64,000 nucleotides of DNA, taken from positions 18,025,700 to 18,089,699 of the forward strand of contig OZ037768.1 of NCBI GenBank assembly GCA_964035545.1, read 5' to 3'. A program made the translations under genes and the position numbers. This document shows, piece by piece, positions 61,101 through 64,000 of the stretch. The stretch's first letter is position 1. Each line of letters starts with the position of its first letter. A model generated the notes under the pieces. It saw nothing but the letters and a program-made list of their open reading frames with translations. It was not told where the DNA came from and did no database searches. This DNA comes from Bugula neritina (lineage: Eukaryota; Animalia; Bryozoa).

Positions 61101-62539
61101 CGTGAAATTCTTGCCCAAGTTCATTGCCCAAAGTTTTTAGCATATTTATTATTTCGTTAGAATACAATGTCACCAGCCATAGAGCTTCAGCTACTACACA
61201 CTATGTAGAATACAATCTGACAATCAGTCACTGTATGACATTCCTTAGACATTGTATTGATATGTATACTCATTTTCTTCAGTGGATAGTGAATGGAACT
61301 TATATTTGTGGATGATCATGTGATCATGATTAATAAAACTATGCATTGCATAACATGAAGATAGATGAATTAAAAGGAAGTAAAGTTGAAAGGGATAATT
61401 TACAGCATTTCTAGCCGTTTTTTACCAAACTGAAAGCAATTAATAAACCCATAGCCTGAGGCTTACTACTCATGTTAATATCATAATAATTTATATAGTA
61501 TTAGTAGTAGTATTAGTAATATTATTTATAGGGTTTTTCATATAGAATGCTAAATGATTTGGAGCTCTAGCAGCAACATAAAGATGTGCAAAGATACTAT
61601 GGCAAAACTCACTTCAAGTATGAGCTGTAATTATGAATGTAGGACCTAAGCTGTACACTTTTAAACTTACAAGATAATATAAATACAATGGACTGTGCTT
61701 TCTTTCACTCCAACTTTTCTCACTCACCAAGAATAGCCCGAAGATGGCCTTCCAATGTTTGCAACACAATGGATCCAATTTCTCTACCAGTTTTCCCCAG
61801 AAACTGTTCAACAGCTCGTCCAATGAATGCAGGATCATGCATGACCTTGACCTGCGAGACGCCAGTGACGTACAGAGGTACACCTTCAGCTGTTTCCACG
61901 CTCTCACATTGTGGGTGGAGTGTCATTACTTCAAGAGGTAGACTAGAAAACACCAGAAACAATGATTGACAATGGTAAAGTTTTACATGAACTGATAAAC
62001 TAAAAACAGAAAGCTTTATAAAAACTGCATTATTAAAGCAAAGACAGGGTTATTGGTGAGTTTGCTGCAAGCTTTCTTAACAATTTAGAGAGAGGTCAAA
62101 AGTTGACAAACACATACTAACAAATCAGCATTAAGTTTAAGAACTTATGCTAAAAACGTCATGTTAAAATAGGCTGAATAGTCAGGACACAAACACCCGA
62201 ACCATATTGGAGAGCATGTGCTAGGCTTGCAGGTTGAGCCTCAGGGAAAACATAAGTGGTGCTGGAAAGCACACTTGATTATAATTGCTTCTACACTATT
62301 CTGAAGGCCTTTAAACCATGCTGCTAGCATAATTTAAGACAAAAGGTCTATATATTGCACAAAACAACCAGGCGTTGGCAGAAAGATTCTGGTTATAAAA
62401 AAAGGTGAGATATAGACCGTGATATAAACTATAGAACTTTTAATAGCAACCACTTACAGCTGCACATCTGATACACAACACCAAGCCCAGCCCCATCCGC
62501 CACTTATATACTTCTTGTCATCACTGCCACAGCATCCAC
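58132..62539 (-). CDS. FLOT2: Flotillin-2 (reggie-1), 5'-partial with 8 exons in the window
   Basis: Exons 62539-62458, 61942-61728, 61015-60783, 60289-60170, 59811-59597, 59237-59054, 58556-58413, 58161-58132. GGCCGSDDKKYISGGWGWAW, LEVMTLHPQCESVETAEGVPLYVTGVSQVK, QTLEGHLRAILGTLTVE, AEAELAYELQAAK and LPPAVQALTGVDLSK are FLOT2-type. The exon encoding the N-terminal MG... was not found before 64000. Confidence 0.96.
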
Positions 62540-64000
62540 CTGTATAAAAGATGTTTAGAAATTAGTCATTAGCTTTGAATGAAAGACAAACATAAGTTTA
62601 AATACGTTACTTGTTGCCGTTTCAAGTCTCTATTATAAACACAATTGGCTCAATCATAACTAAAGAGTTATATGCTAATAGATGGTTAAAATGCAGGCAT
62701 TACTTAATATAAAACCTAAATCCTAGTATCTTTGAAGAATTTGACTTCAGATTTTGTGTGAAAGTTTATGTTACATATATTTGAATAATTTTACTTCATA
62801 TTTTTTTGTGAAAATTCATGTTATAGTTAAATTAAGGACAACTGCCTTCGAAAAACTTGGTCCGATAAAGTATTAAGAAAAGACTCGAGTGTTGTACAAT
62901 TCAGGTTGCAAAGGGCATAAACTACGCTACCCAGCTTCAAATTTAATGAGTCTACATAACATAAAGATAAGTGTATATTATGTGTTATAGTAAATAAAAG
63001 TATTTTGTGAGTACATTATGCAAGGTCACGTTATAACTCACAATGATGGACTACATTTTTTGGAATTTTTTGTCTTTTACATAGTAAAAACTGTTATTCT
63101 GCTAAAAATATACAGGGAGTCTTAAAGACTCTAATGTCATACTAAATGCTAATAGCAGAAGACCTTTAAGTAGGCCTATCATGGTTCAAAATTCACAGAA
63201 TCTAAACTTACATTATTATAGCAAATATTAGTTTTATTTTTGAATTACAAATTCAATATTATGAGAAAATATAGTGTGCTCTATAGAGAAATGCTGTTAT
63301 TATGATTTATAGCAATGTTTTCTAATAAAACAAATAGCACTGTATGTTACTCAAAAAATTTGAGGGTAAATTTATTAGCTAATACAGTTGACACTATCAG
63401 TCTATCACTATGATAATAACAATTTCACAAGTTTAAACATGCTTTTTAAATAAACTATCCTAATACATAGTGATAGTCTACTACTAAATAACATATTCCA
63501 CTATTTTAGAAAATTAAGTTGGAGTTTTACATTCGACTTTCACTGATTCTTTCTGTCATATTATAAAGATAATGATAGTCAGTATTTAAGTCCCACATGC
63601 AACATGAAGCAAGCATTACAGTTACTCTAACTTTTATAGTTACTAATATTGCATTTACAGAGACCTAACAAAGTTACATGATTGTGTAAAGTTTTGTTTA
63701 GCTTGGTTTACTAATTTAAAATTCTTGTTTTGGCATTTGGGTTTTGAATGTGACATTATTGTGACTGTTTAATTTTATACTTGAGCCTAAAATGAGACAA
63801 ATTGACATTCTTGTGGTACAAACTCAAAGTTCTTTAATCTTTTATAATCAACAAAACGCAAGGCTAGGGCCTAAAGCCAAAGGCAAAGATATTTACAAAA
63901 TTACAATTGTGCATTTGCGTTTTACCCTGGCAAACTAACTCTAGGTTAAAGTCTTACAGTTACACTAAGAGCCAAACTAAAGTAAAAGTAACACTAACGT

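Noticed and set aside
54875-62539. RNF5-flotillin adjacency as a proto-MHC relic
   Set aside because: The human MHC-linked flotillin is FLOT1, whereas this gene is FLOT2-type. There are no other MHC-region markers in the window.

Overview
AT-rich eukaryotic genomic DNA with GT-AG introns, most likely from an invertebrate metazoan (the species cannot be determined from the sequence). Exon chains were assembled by hand from splice sites, phase continuity and recognisable protein motifs. They give seven genes: CBF-beta (+, 3271-11279), an unnamed FYVE + armadillo-repeat protein (-, 12003-21717, about 462 aa), MCM4 (-, 22799-33421), an Emx homeobox gene (+, 39279-42362), NOA1 (-, 44580-52141), an RNF5/RNF185-type RING ligase (+, 54875-57303) and flotillin-2 (-, 58132-62539, first coding exon not found and probably beyond the window). 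Introns and one 3' UTR carry several non-autonomous DNA transposons (hAT, PIF/Harbinger, Tc1/mariner-like and foldback types) and tandem repeats. No CRISPR array, tRNA or rRNA was seen. The most unusual items are the FYVE-ARM protein, whose domain architecture matches no family I can name, and degenerate period-3/6 TA-rich arrays next to most gene 5' ends. No database searches were run.
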